Shown here: positions 11,086-21,028 of the stretch, in pieces | Position numbering within the stretch: the stretch's first letter is position 1 | How the letters are laid out: the number at the start of each line of letters is the position of its first letter | From: Setoptus koraiensis | Taxonomy: Eukaryota; Animalia; Arthropoda | Assembly: GCA_048013815.1 (NCBI GenBank) | Contig: CM106585.1 | Span: forward strand, 11,904,001-11,968,000 | DNA: 64,000 nucleotides | Direction of reading: 5' to 3' | Translations under genes and position numbers: made by a program | The notes under the pieces: generated by a model | Told to the model about the DNA's origin: nothing | The model's database searches: none | The model's input: the letters and a program-made list of their open reading frames with translations, nothing else

Positions 11086-11857
11086 ACATTTTGCCAAGCG
11101 AGCTACACTTTTGCGAGCTTGCCACCAATTAGCTGACATCATTGGCAGGAACCACTAGTACAACACTAGCTAAAACCACAAAATGGCTACCATTAGGACA
11201 ACATCGTCAACAATTTTTATGTGTTCATCGTAGCGCGTCGGCGTCATTACGTAACGACACGACACCACACGACACGACACAACACGATAAAAGACAAAAA
11301 ACAAAGCTCATTAGTTCAGTTAATGAGCTTGCCGGCAAACAATGGAACATGGGAAAGCAAAGAGCACTCTGCGTAGCGTGGACTGTCAAACGTTTATTTG
11401 TTTGTTTGCTTTTTTATTGTTTAGTTTAGTATCTATTTATTTACCATAATTGACTCATTATGATCGAGGCCATAATGATCTAACACAGAAAGAGTTAATT
11501 TTAGATACACAAAATACCTAGATGCTTGCTAGGGACACAAGCGAAAGGGTACAGAGATGCGAGGTATGGTTGTCATAGTGATGACATGCATAAATGTAAA
11601 TCAAACATAAATTGTGACACAACAATAACAAAACAAGCACGCATACTGCACGTGAGCACAGGTGAGCAGGTAGACGATTGCGTAACGGTGGTGACCGATC
11701 GGTCGCTACCTAATTTGGGCACCAACACAACAACAGAGGAACAGTTGTGTGGATGATTGGCTGAATTGTGTGGCGATGGCTGGGGCGAAAAATTACAACG
11801 TATATTATAAAATATTGGCTGGATATCATTGACATCATAGACATCATTGACAACGGA

Positions 11858-14800
11858 TCATAGAATGGAGGTCAACTTGGTGCTGAATGTCACATTCTTT
11901 CTGAGAGTTTGCGATTGGCGCATTCTGGTGCGGCCGCTCTGGCCAGACTGCACTTTGCTACTATCCAACTGTGATGTGGCGGTGGCGGTGGTGGTGGCGG
12001 ACAGACGTCGCAGCGACAATTTGGCGCCACTTGTCGACAGGTGTTGCTGTTTGTGTTCGTCCGTCAGCAGGCTGCCCAACGACGACTTCTTGAGGGCGGA
12101 CTTGGGTACCGTCGGCTGATGCTTGCTGGGGGCCCCCGACACGCACTGACTCGATGAGCCGTTGAGTGTTATGGCGGAGTCGCCGCTAGAGGAGTTGTCG
12201 CCATCGCTGGATCCCTCGCTGTTCAAGTTGAAATCTGACTGATTTTGGAGCGCTCTGGTGGCGCCGTTGGCGCTTGCACTGGGTCGTTTCACCAGAATAG
12301 ACTTGACACTCTTGTTGGCCACTGTGACGGCTGGCCTCTGTTTGGCGCCCTCGATGCCAATATCCATTTGCTGCTTGGAGCTGCTCTTGGTCGTCGCTGT
12401 CGTGGTGGCTGTCTTGCCGCTGCCGGACAGTGACGATTTCGTTGGCGCCAACAACTGCTTGGACGGCTGCTTGAGAATTGACTTTTGCTGCTTGACCGAC
12501 GACGACGACTTGCCCGACTTGCCGACCAGTCCGAGCGCCATCGGCGCACCCATTTCGGCGGGCGCCGGCGCCGGATACGGCACCATAGCCACCGACATGT
12601 GCTGCTGTTGTGTCGACGATATTTGCGCCTGATAGGTGGCCGCCATGTGGTGCTGTTGCTGCTGATGATGATGACTCATTTGCAGTTGCATGTGATAATT
12701 AAACGGAATGGGGCCGCTCGTGTGATTGGGGCGCGCGGCCAAGAAGGGGCTGGCCGCGTGCTGCTGCTGCTGGGCCTGATGATGGCCAGGCGGATAAAAT
12801 TGATGGTGCGGATGGGGCGCCATCAGCTGGTGGAATTGTTGTTGCTGCTGCTGTTGATGTTGCATGAACAGCTGATACTGATTGATGTACTGATACAGGC
12901 CGGGATGGGGCTCCATCTGGTACGGTTGTTGCTGTTGTTGTTGTTGCTGCTGCTGCTGTTGTTGTTTTAGTTGTTGAGCTTGCAGTTTCATTTGCTTGGC
13001 TGCGGCCAGATTGGCGCTCGCCTTCGCTATGGCCAGCGCTCGGCTGTCGGGCCCGCTCACTTGACCGTCGGCCGGCCCGTTTTGGCTTTTGTCCGCACTG
13101 GACGACGAGCTCTTGATGCGCAGCGACGACCGGGCGTGCGCCAGGGCGGAAAATTTCAGCATCGACGACAGGGTCTTCTGATTGAAGCTCTGCCTCAGCA
13201 TGCTGAACGGGCCGCTCTTGCTGAGCGCTGGGCCGGGCGACTTGGCCTTGTCCGCAGCGGGCTGTCCGACATCGTCGCTCTGGCAACTGGTGTCGTCGGT
13301 GATGGTCGAGGCCGTGTCCTCGTCCGTCAGGTCGTCCACAAAGGCGTCCTGGTCGGCCGCTTGCTGGCCGCACTGTTCCACTTTAGTCCAGTTGCCTATG
13401 GAGTTGGCGAGCGATTTTCCGTTGTTGTGGTTGTTGTTGCTGTGGTTGCTGTTGTTGTTGTTGTTGTTGTCGTTGTTGTTGTTGGTGCTGTTGTCGACGC
13501 CCGTGGCGGCCAGTCTGCTCAGCGTCCTGGTGCGCTGCCTCGTGGTGGGCGGCGGCACGGGCGGGCCCGTGGCCATTTCCGGCTTGCTGTGGTGGTCGGC
13601 GGGCGCCGACAGCAGCGGGTGCGCCGCCGACGAGCCCAGCAGCGACAGGCGGCTCAGCGAGCGCGGGTCAAACTCGGACGAGCGCCTAAAATAGTCGGCA
13701 CTGTTGCTCGTGGCGGCGCCACTGGCCTTTTGACCGGGGTACTGATCGGGCTGGCACTGATCGAGTATGCAGTTCTCTCTGGCCGTGTCCTCTTTTGTGG
13801 CGCGCCTGAAATCCGAGCTGTCGGCCCGACCGTTCAATAAGTTGTTGCCGGCCGCCGCCGCCGACGACAACAGATGCGCCGGACTGACCGTGGCCCGCAC
13901 AACTCCGTCCGCCTCCGAGCTCGTGGTGCGGCTGGCCACTATCACCTGCTGCCGGCTTGCTGGCTGATTTCTGCTTCCGGTGTGCTGTTCCATTTGTGGC
14001 GCTGCCGTCGCCGATTGTCTGATTGTGATGGAGGTGACGCTCGTCATGGACCACTGGCCGCTTTGGCCGCCGATTGTCGGGTCGCTGTCGTCGGGCACGG
14101 GCTGCTGCTGCTGGTTGAGCAGCAGCGGCGGGCGCCTCTGGCGCGACTTTCCGAAGCCCACCGATCCGCCGGCCAGCAGCAACTTGGCGCTGCTATAAGC
14201 TTGCCGTTGTTGTTGCTGTTGTTGCTGCTGTTGTTGCTGCTGTTTCGTTTGCGTCACCGTGACCACGTTCCTGTGGTTGTCGTTGTTGTTGTGGTTGTCG
14301 TTGTTGTTGTGGTCGCTTGCGGGCGACTGGGCCGCGTCTTGGCGCAGCAACTTGCCCAGGTCGTAGCAGGACGATCGGTGCGCGAAGTGTGCGTGCTTCG
14401 AAGCCGGTTTCTGGCCGCTGGTCAGTGTCGCCACTGACTGGCCAACAACTGTTGCGCTGTTGTCGCTGGCGGGCGACTTGATTTTAGCGCTGCCGCTGTC
14501 GTTGTTGCCGTTTGACACAACGTTGTTGCCGTTTGACACAACGTTGTTGTTGTTGCCATCAATCATGTGTTTCGCTCTCGAGTCCCTGCCCCTCGGCTCG
14601 TCGTACGTGGCCCGGTTGTCGCTGTTGTCGACAGTGGCGACATTCAGCGATTTTGCGCCCGCTCGCGGCTCGTCGCTGGCCGTTTGCTGCCTCTTCAGTA
14701 TGCTGGTCCTCGGTTTCACCTGTGGCGGTTGACCGCCGCCGTTGCCGCCGCTCTGTAGCTGCTGATTGATGGACGGATTAAAGTTCACCTGTTTGCCGGC

Positions 14801-16975
14801 CACTCTGGTCTCACTATGTGACTGCTTGTCGTTGTTGTCGTTGTTGTCATTGTCACCTGAGCTGGCGATTCGGTTTTGTTTTGTTGTCGCGACAGTGTCA
14901 GCGACTTGCTGTTGCGTCAGCAGCGACTTGGCTCTCAGCGTCTCTATTTTGGTGAGCTTCTTCTTTGCCTTGATCGACCTAAAGAACTCCTTCATTTTGT
15001 TTGCGTCCGCGCCGCTCGGACACACCCAAACGAGAGCCTCTGTGGTCACCTGTTTGTTGCTTGTCACACTCACACTGCTGCCCATCATCGAGTTCGTTCG
15101 GGCGCCGCTCGGGCCCGCCGGGCCGGCCGCTCCCGATCCGATGGGCTCGTCCAGGGCCAGAGCGATGTCGTCCAGCGTGGTCTCGAGCTCATCCTCTCGT
15201 GAATGATCGATGGCCGCTAGTGTGTGCGTTTGTTTGGCAAGCGCGTCGCCGCCGCCGCCGCTCGCTTGCGTCAATATCCAAACAACCAGATTGCCGGCGT
15301 TGGATTGCGACGCAAAACAGAATAGTATGGATGTGAATGAGACCTTGTTGACAAACTGGTGCTGGTTGCTGAGCGGGCCGGCCGCTGTGGCCGGCTCCGA
15401 GCGCCACCATTCCAGGCCCGAGGTGGCGCTCAGGCCGACAATGTAGTTGACGTTGTCCTTGTGTTCGCGCAGCGAACTCGGGTACAATTTTTGCAAGCGG
15501 TGCCGGGCGGCGCCCAATACCGACTGTTCGCACAGCGACCCATTTATCTGGAATCTGTCCACTATTGAGGCGCCGATAAGCAGCTGATTGTGCACGGCCG
15601 ACGAGCTGCTGACCACCAGGGGCAGTTTGAGCGTGGGCACCGAGTCGTCGTCCAGCGTGAACTGTGCGATACCGTTGCCGATGTGGTTGCTGTGGTTGCT
15701 GTGGTTGCTGTTGTTGCTGTTGTTGCTGTTGTTGCTGTTGTTGCTGTGGTTGCTGTTGTTGGTGTTGTTGTTGGGGCGGTTGTTGGTGTGGTTGTTGACT
15801 ATTTTGTTGTCTAGTGTCAGGATGATTTTGCTCTGTTGCTCGAGTCGCAATTGCGTCTCGGCTCGCTTGCCGTTGAGCTGGCGATCGTCGTCCTCGGACA
15901 TGAGCACGGGGCTGTCGCCCTCGACGCCTATCACAGCCGCGCAATCGCTATTGTTGTCGTCGTCACTTTCGTTGCCGCTACTGCCGCTGACATAATTGGT
16001 TGTTGCGTAATCAGTCGTTACATAATCAGTCGTTACGTAATCAGTCGTTTCCGTCGCGTAATCGCTCGTTACGTGATCGGTCGTTACGTAATTGGTTGCC
16101 ACGTAGTCGCGCAGCTGATGCTGCTTGTAGGCGGTTTCGTTTGCGCTCACTTGCTCTATTAACTCATTGAGGCACTGCGAGACGACGCAATCTGACTTGG
16201 TTGACTTTGGGCCCGCTTGCTGGCTGTCAGGTGGCGCTGCTGAATTGCTGTTATTGTGGGCTACTTTGCTGTTGATGTTGGCGTTGATGTTGATGTTGCC
16301 GTTGCTGGCTGCTTGCTGTTCGCGGGCCATAGTTGCCGCTCGGTTTGAGTAGGGGGCGCCCGACGCGGAGGACGCGCCCGACGAGCCCGACGACGACGTT
16401 GACGGACAGTCGGGCGAGTGCGAGTTGAAGGCGCGCACCGACAAAATAGTTGAGGTGCTCTCACTTGAGTCAACGGACGAGCCCGTGGAAATTGTGGAGG
16501 CCAGCGAGGTGAGCGACGACGACAATGTTTGCGTCGACACAATTTGTCTGTCTAGCCCGTCGTCGTCGTCTGCCAGCTCAAATGTGTCGTCGTCGTCGTC
16601 GTGGTCGTGGTCATCGTGGCGATCGGCGTTGTTGCGCAATTTCGACTGGCGATTGACCACTGGCGCAGCCTGGTAGTCGTAACAATGCTGCGATGACGTA
16701 ATATCTACAGTACAGTTTGCGTTGTCGTCGCTGCTCAGTTGTTGCTGTCTCTGCTTGCTCACTGGCTGCTGGCATTGGCCGTCTCCTATGAGCACACTGG
16801 CGATGCTAATTGGCTGTTGTTGTTTGTTGTTGATCGCACTGGTTTGGTTGTTGTTGTTGTTGCTGTTGTTGTTGCTGTTGTTGCTGTTTGGGGCCGCTTG
16901 CAGCCTGGCGAGATGGCGCCGATGTACAATGGTGTTGCAATTGTTGCCGCTGTCGAACATGATGGCCGCCGACAT
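11858..16975 (-). CDS. 1705-aa low-complexity scaffold protein with a PTB/PH-like segment and several PP1-docking motifs
   Basis: 5.1-kb uninterrupted ORF with poly-Q, poly-N and poly-S tracts. One globular-looking region at about 14960-15560 (SILFCF, LVVWIL, EALVWVC, then a C-terminal helix). RVxF-like KQVNF and KNVTF plus SILK motifs. Candidate splice acceptor TTGTCTTACGTCACAG near 17160-17175 in the leader. Confidence 0.78.
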   Translation of the reverse strand: MSAAIMFDSGNNCNTIVHRRHLARLQAAPNSNNSNNNSNNNNNQTSAINNKQQQPISIASVLIGDGQCQQPVSKQRQQQLSSDDNANCTVDITSSQHCYDYQAAPVVNRQSKLRNNADRHDDHDHDDDDDTFELADDDDGLDRQIVSTQTLSSSLTSLASTISTGSSVDSSESTSTILSVRAFNSHSPDCPSTSSSGSSGASSASGAPYSNRAATMAREQQAASNGNININANINSKVAHNNSNSAAPPDSQQAGPKSTKSDCVVSQCLNELIEQVSANETAYKQHQLRDYVATNYVTTDHVTSDYATETTDYVTTDYVTTDYATTNYVSGSSGNESDDDNNSDCAAVIGVEGDSPVLMSEDDDRQLNGKRAETQLRLEQQSKIILTLDNKIVNNHTNNRPNNNTNNSNHSNNSNNSNNSNNSNHSNHSNHIGNGIAQFTLDDDSVPTLKLPLVVSSSSAVHNQLLIGASIVDRFQINGSLCEQSVLGAARHRLQKLYPSSLREHKDNVNYIVGLSATSGLEWWRSEPATAAGPLSNQHQFVNKVSFTSILFCFASQSNAGNLVVWILTQASGGGGDALAKQTHTLAAIDHSREDELETTLDDIALALDEPIGSGAAGPAGPSGARTNSMMGSSVSVTSNKQVTTEALVWVCPSGADANKMKEFFRSIKAKKKLTKIETLRAKSLLTQQQVADTVATTKQNRIASSGDNDNNDNNDKQSHSETRVAGKQVNFNPSINQQLQSGGNGGGQPPQVKPRTSILKRQQTASDEPRAGAKSLNVATVDNSDNRATYDEPRGRDSRAKHMIDGNNNNVVSNGNNVVSNGNNDSGSAKIKSPASDNSATVVGQSVATLTSGQKPASKHAHFAHRSSCYDLGKLLRQDAAQSPASDHNNNDNHNNNDNHRNVVTVTQTKQQQQQQQQQQQQRQAYSSAKLLLAGGSVGFGKSRQRRPPLLLNQQQQPVPDDSDPTIGGQSGQWSMTSVTSITIRQSATAAPQMEQHTGSRNQPASRQQVIVASRTTSSEADGVVRATVSPAHLLSSAAAAGNNLLNGRADSSDFRRATKEDTARENCILDQCQPDQYPGQKASGAATSNSADYFRRSSEFDPRSLSRLSLLGSSAAHPLLSAPADHHSKPEMATGPPVPPPTTRQRTRTLSRLAATGVDNSTNNNNDNNNNNNSNHSNNNHNNGKSLANSIGNWTKVEQCGQQAADQDAFVDDLTDEDTASTITDDTSCQSDDVGQPAADKAKSPGPALSKSGPFSMLRQSFNQKTLSSMLKFSALAHARSSLRIKSSSSSADKSQNGPADGQVSGPDSRALAIAKASANLAAAKQMKLQAQQLKQQQQQQQQQQQQQPYQMEPHPGLYQYINQYQLFMQHQQQQQQQFHQLMAPHPHHQFYPPGHHQAQQQQHAASPFLAARPNHTSGPIPFNYHMQLQMSHHHQQQQHHMAATYQAQISSTQQQHMSVAMVPYPAPAPAEMGAPMALGLVGKSGKSSSSVKQQKSILKQPSKQLLAPTKSSLSGSGKTATTTATTKSSSKQQMDIGIEGAKQRPAVTVANKSVKSILVKRPSASANGATRALQNQSDFNLNSEGSSDGDNSSSGDSAITLNGSSSQCVSGAPSKHQPTVPKSALKKSSLGSLLTDEHKQQHLSTSGAKLSLRRLSATTTATATSQLDSSKVQSGQSGRTRMRQSQTLRKNVTFSTKLTSIL
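15990..16110 (-). repeat. Coding 15-bp tandem repeat encoding (T-T-D-Y-V)-like pentapeptides, about 8 units
   Basis: Translation reads DYVAT NYVTT DHVTS DYATE TTDYV TTDYV TTDYA TTNYV. Confidence 0.85.
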
Positions 16976-17529
16976 GATATATGGTTGTTGTGTCTTACTT
17001 GTTGGTCTTGCGTCTTTATAATTATTGTTGTGTTGCTGTTGTTGTGCAATTATCTATTTTGTGGCGGCGCGGCCACTTTCACTGCGCTCGAGTCAGCGTG
17101 TCTCGAGAACCGATAATTATCATCACTTTGAGCATGTGTCAAACGGTGCCCATCAGCTGACTGTGACGTAAGACAATATGGTCGCAACTGACAGTTGACT
17201 GATTATTGATTATGTGTGCGCGCTGATTGAGCAATCTCTTCGGCGTAAACTTCAAACTTTTAACTTGTGACTTGAAACTTGTGACTTTTAACTTGTGATT
17301 GTTGTGTGTGTCGCATGAGCGTGTCTATTTAGGTGACTCTGACTCTGTCTGAGGCCATGCTATCTGGCCGCGATGTGTGTTGCGCAACGGCGATTTCTGA
17401 TAGAGACGTCTTGACGTTGCAGCCTCCAAACGCATATGAACTGTCACTTGCGGCTCGTCGTCCACTGTCGTTGCGCTGTAACGGTCCGCTGGTCGTGGTG
17501 TGGTCAGTCGTTTGTGGTTTACACATACT

Positions 17530-17647
17530 ACACACACACACACACACACACACAGCTAATCGTACAACAATTATTACATAAGTTTTGATGCTGCTCATCA
17601 ATGGTCGTGCAATGCGCAACTGACTCACCTGAGCCACACTGTGAGAG

Positions 17648-17691
<44 letters not shown>

Positions 17692-17697
17692 GTGTGT
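17530..17697. repeat. Inverted pair of dinucleotide microsatellites, (CA)~12 and (TG)~24
   Basis: CA run at 17530-17554 and TG run at 17650-17697, with complementary flanks CTACACA and TGTGTAG. Confidence 0.9.
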
Positions 17698-20159
17698 AGC
17701 CCAGGTGAATCAGGTGTCTCACAACTTGTTGCTATAACCGTTGTCTGGCAAGCCAGCAATTGAATAGTGTGTGTGTTGGTCGCTGATGCGGCCGCCGAGC
17801 CCGATAGAAAGTGACGCACGCCGCTTGTTGTTGCAGCGTTTTGTTTTTCAACATTTCGGCATCATCGCAACGCCAACAACAACTTGTTCGTCGCAACCCA
17901 GCACACTTGTTCCTGTTCGGCTTCTTCGTCGCTCTCTGGCTTCGCTCGTTCTCTCGCTTCTTCGGCTTCTTTCGCTTCTCTCGCTTCTTTGCCAGCGTTC
18001 GACAGCGTTCGACTGCGCTCGCCTGCGCTCGGCTTCTTCCAACGCCGCCTCCCAACGCCGCCATCAAGCTAGCCAGGCCAGAGTGTGTGCTGCAAGCCAG
18101 TTGCTCGCTGGCCAGACCGAGCGACCGTTATCTGCATCCCAGTCGTCATAGTAATGAGTAGTAATAGTCATGCACATTAGCGAGTGAGCCAAATTGGAGG
18201 AGTAGAAATTCAAATTTTTGAATACGAAATATCCTTTCGCTCGCTTGCGCTTGTGCGCTCACATTTAGCAGCCTGCCTAACCAACACGATCTGGCCGGCC
18301 GAGCCAGCCAGCCGGCCGGCCAGACTGCATCGTAATCGAGCGCGCCGCTCGCTGCCTCTACTGGAGTCGCTCGAGAGCCAGAGTTATTGCCCAAGTTATT
18401 GCCCAAGTTATTGCGAGAATTTTTGCCAGAGTTTTGCGAGTCAGTCGCTAGCAACAACAAAACTCTGGCTGGCCATCGGCGTGCCTGATACTTGATTGAG
18501 TTACGAGCACGACCAAACGGCGATGACGACGACGACGACAACGGCGCACTAATAATGTAACAATGATGAATAACGGTGCAGTGCCGACTGAAATACGGGC
18601 ACGCCGCCTAGCGGACGTCGCTCGCAAATTGTCAGGCGAGCGCTGCCAGTGGGACCGTGTCAGAGAGCGGATAGTTGGGGGCGCTGGCCAATAGGAGCGC
18701 TGTTTTGGGCCGTCGAGCTCTCGGGCTTAGAAACTTCAAATTTCTAATGCAAAGCGTGCATTGTGAGCATCGAGCTCACAAGCCGCTGGCTTGCGTGCCT
18801 TCCAATTGACAGTTAGCATCAGCTGACAGAGTCAGGCGACAACAACAACAACATCAACAGCAGCATGCTCTGGTCACCTCGGCTGGACATGCGGCCATTT
18901 ATCGCCTGGGCTGTTGATCGTGCCGTTGGCCAGCCAGTGCGATTGTGTGATTGAACGGCTTGCCGTGATTGCATAACACATATATAAATAGCGAGAGAGA
19001 GAGAGAGAGAGAGCGAGTTGAGTTTCAAATAAAGAGAGCGGTTACATAATGAATGGCCACTTGTGTCACTGTTAGCGCCGTGCTCTCAATACCAACGACG
19101 CCGGCCGAACCAGCGGCACCGACGCCAACAGCAACAAATCGAGCCGAAATACACAGGTAAGTGTCAGCTGGCGGCAGCGTCAACTGCAACAAGTGGTCAA
19201 ACTGACCACTGGCGCCAGTTTGGCGGCAGTTTAGCGGGCGGGCGGGCCAGCGAGAGTGGCCGGCCCGCCCGGTTATCTCTACTAACTTGCGGTCATCTCT
19301 GGCCAATCGCGGCCACTGGCTCGCCGAGCCGGCCGATACTTGAGTTGAGACTCTCAAGTTGAGAGAGTGACCAAACGACCGGCCCGCGCCACGACGCCGA
19401 CGGCCGCCATGACGGCCGGGCCGGGCCGGCACACACAACAAGGCGATCGTTATTTTTGTCGGTTGCATCACTCTCATGATCATGAGAACGCTGATCAGCT
19501 GGCTGCCCGTTTGTTTGGCCACTGGCGAGCTCGCCAAAACAAACCGTCCGACTGAACGGTGGTGCGTGCGTGTGTGTGTGTGCGTGCGTGTGTGTGTGTG
19601 TGCGCCGCCAACAGGTATTTGTTCAGTGTGTGCCAGTCAGTTTGTTTGTTTGTGTGTGCCGGGCTGTTGCCCCCGAGGCTCCCGTTTGCGTGTCTTCATT
19701 AGCGCCGAGTTGCATCACCTGTCCGCCAGCTCATTGATGGAATGCGGCGGCGGCGGCGGCGAGTCCCGGGTGGGCGTGCGTCGGGCCCGTTGGCCGTTGT
19801 TTGTTATGATCCGGCGCCCGTTGGCCGTTGTGCTGCACGCCAGCGATTGGTGAGCCGGTGAGCGGGTTGCGCGCCGGACCGCCGATCTCGCCGGGCTCGA
19901 AGCGGCGCCCGTCGAGTGCGAGAAACAAAATCAGATCAGCGTCATGATGACGTTAAGCGGCCGCCGAATCAGTTGTGGCGCCACCGACACCTTTGTTTGT
20001 TCGGTTGCGTCACCGCGCTCACCTGTTAGCCGCACAACGGGCGCAGGGCTAGCGTCAGCGCAACGCCGATGCGGCGATAGGCGAATAATGAGCTGAGTAA
20101 GTTACGCAACGCAAACAATATGGCGTGTCGGTTCAATGGGCCGGCCAAGCCAGTGGATG

Positions 20160-20312
20160 CTGCTACCGTTGTTGTTGCTGTTGCTGTTGCTGTTGCCGTT
20201 GTTGTTGCCGTTGTTGTTGTTGTTGCTGTTGTTGTTGTTGCCGCTGTTGCTGTTGACGTTGTTGTTGCCGTTGTTGTTGCTGTTGCTGTTGTTGTTGTTG
20301 CCGCTGTTGCTG
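20160..20312. repeat. Compound (GTT/GCT/GCC) trinucleotide microsatellite, non-coding
   Basis: About 150 bp of GTT-dominated triplets. It creates stop-free frames on both strands with no domain content. Confidence 0.85.
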
Positions 20313-20964
20313 TTGGCGAGTTGGTGTAATCGACAGTGTCAGTAATCGGTAATCTGTAATCAACTTGAGCCCGACAACAAAACCTTTTCGCCGCTCGCCG
20401 CTCGCCGCTCGCCTGAGCTCGCCGCAGCAATTGATTGATAACGACCGGCTGACCGACTGGCTCACTGGCCGGCTCACTGGCGGCTCACTGACCGACTGAC
20501 CGCTGGCCAAACGAACCGAGGAACCGAAGATTCGAAGAGTCGAAGAACCGAACGGCAACTGAACAACTGACGCGGCCAGCGGACTCAGTGGGTCGCAAAG
20601 CATCCACGCTGGATGGCGATAACAACAACCCGATAACGGCGACCACGGTAGCGCGGCCTTAACTGGTCTCGAGTCGACACTCTCGAGCGCTGCCAGCGCC
20701 ATGACGATAGTTAGCGCCGCTAAAACAAAGCCCGTAATATCCGAGGTGGCGCACGAAGGTGCGTGAAGTCGCCCGTTCATTGGCCAATTGTGTCCGCCGG
20801 CAAACAATTCTCGCTGGCCGGTCGCTCGCCATGATGAGCTGCTCATCATTAGACGTTGTTTGCACCGCCGGTAAGGCGCCACCTTTGGCTGCATGAGCCG
20901 CGTCGCCCGCGCGCGCGAATCGTCCGCGCCTCGACGCGCCTGCTCGGCGTGCGGAACCCGCCCA

Positions 20965-21028
20965 AAACCCGGCGAGAACCGGCCCGAAACCCGGCGAGAA
21001 CGGGCCGAAACCCGGCGAGAACGGGCCG
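20965..21028. repeat. Minisatellite, 3 copies of a 21-22 bp unit (AAACCCGGCGAGAACGGGCCG)
   Basis: Units start at 20965, 20987 and 21008. Confidence 0.85.

Noticed and set aside
11847-17116. Many overlapping antisense and alternate-frame ORFs over the 1705-aa gene
   Set aside because: Shadow ORFs caused by GC-rich codons and triplet repeats. They translate to poly-L, poly-V or poly-C with no domain content.
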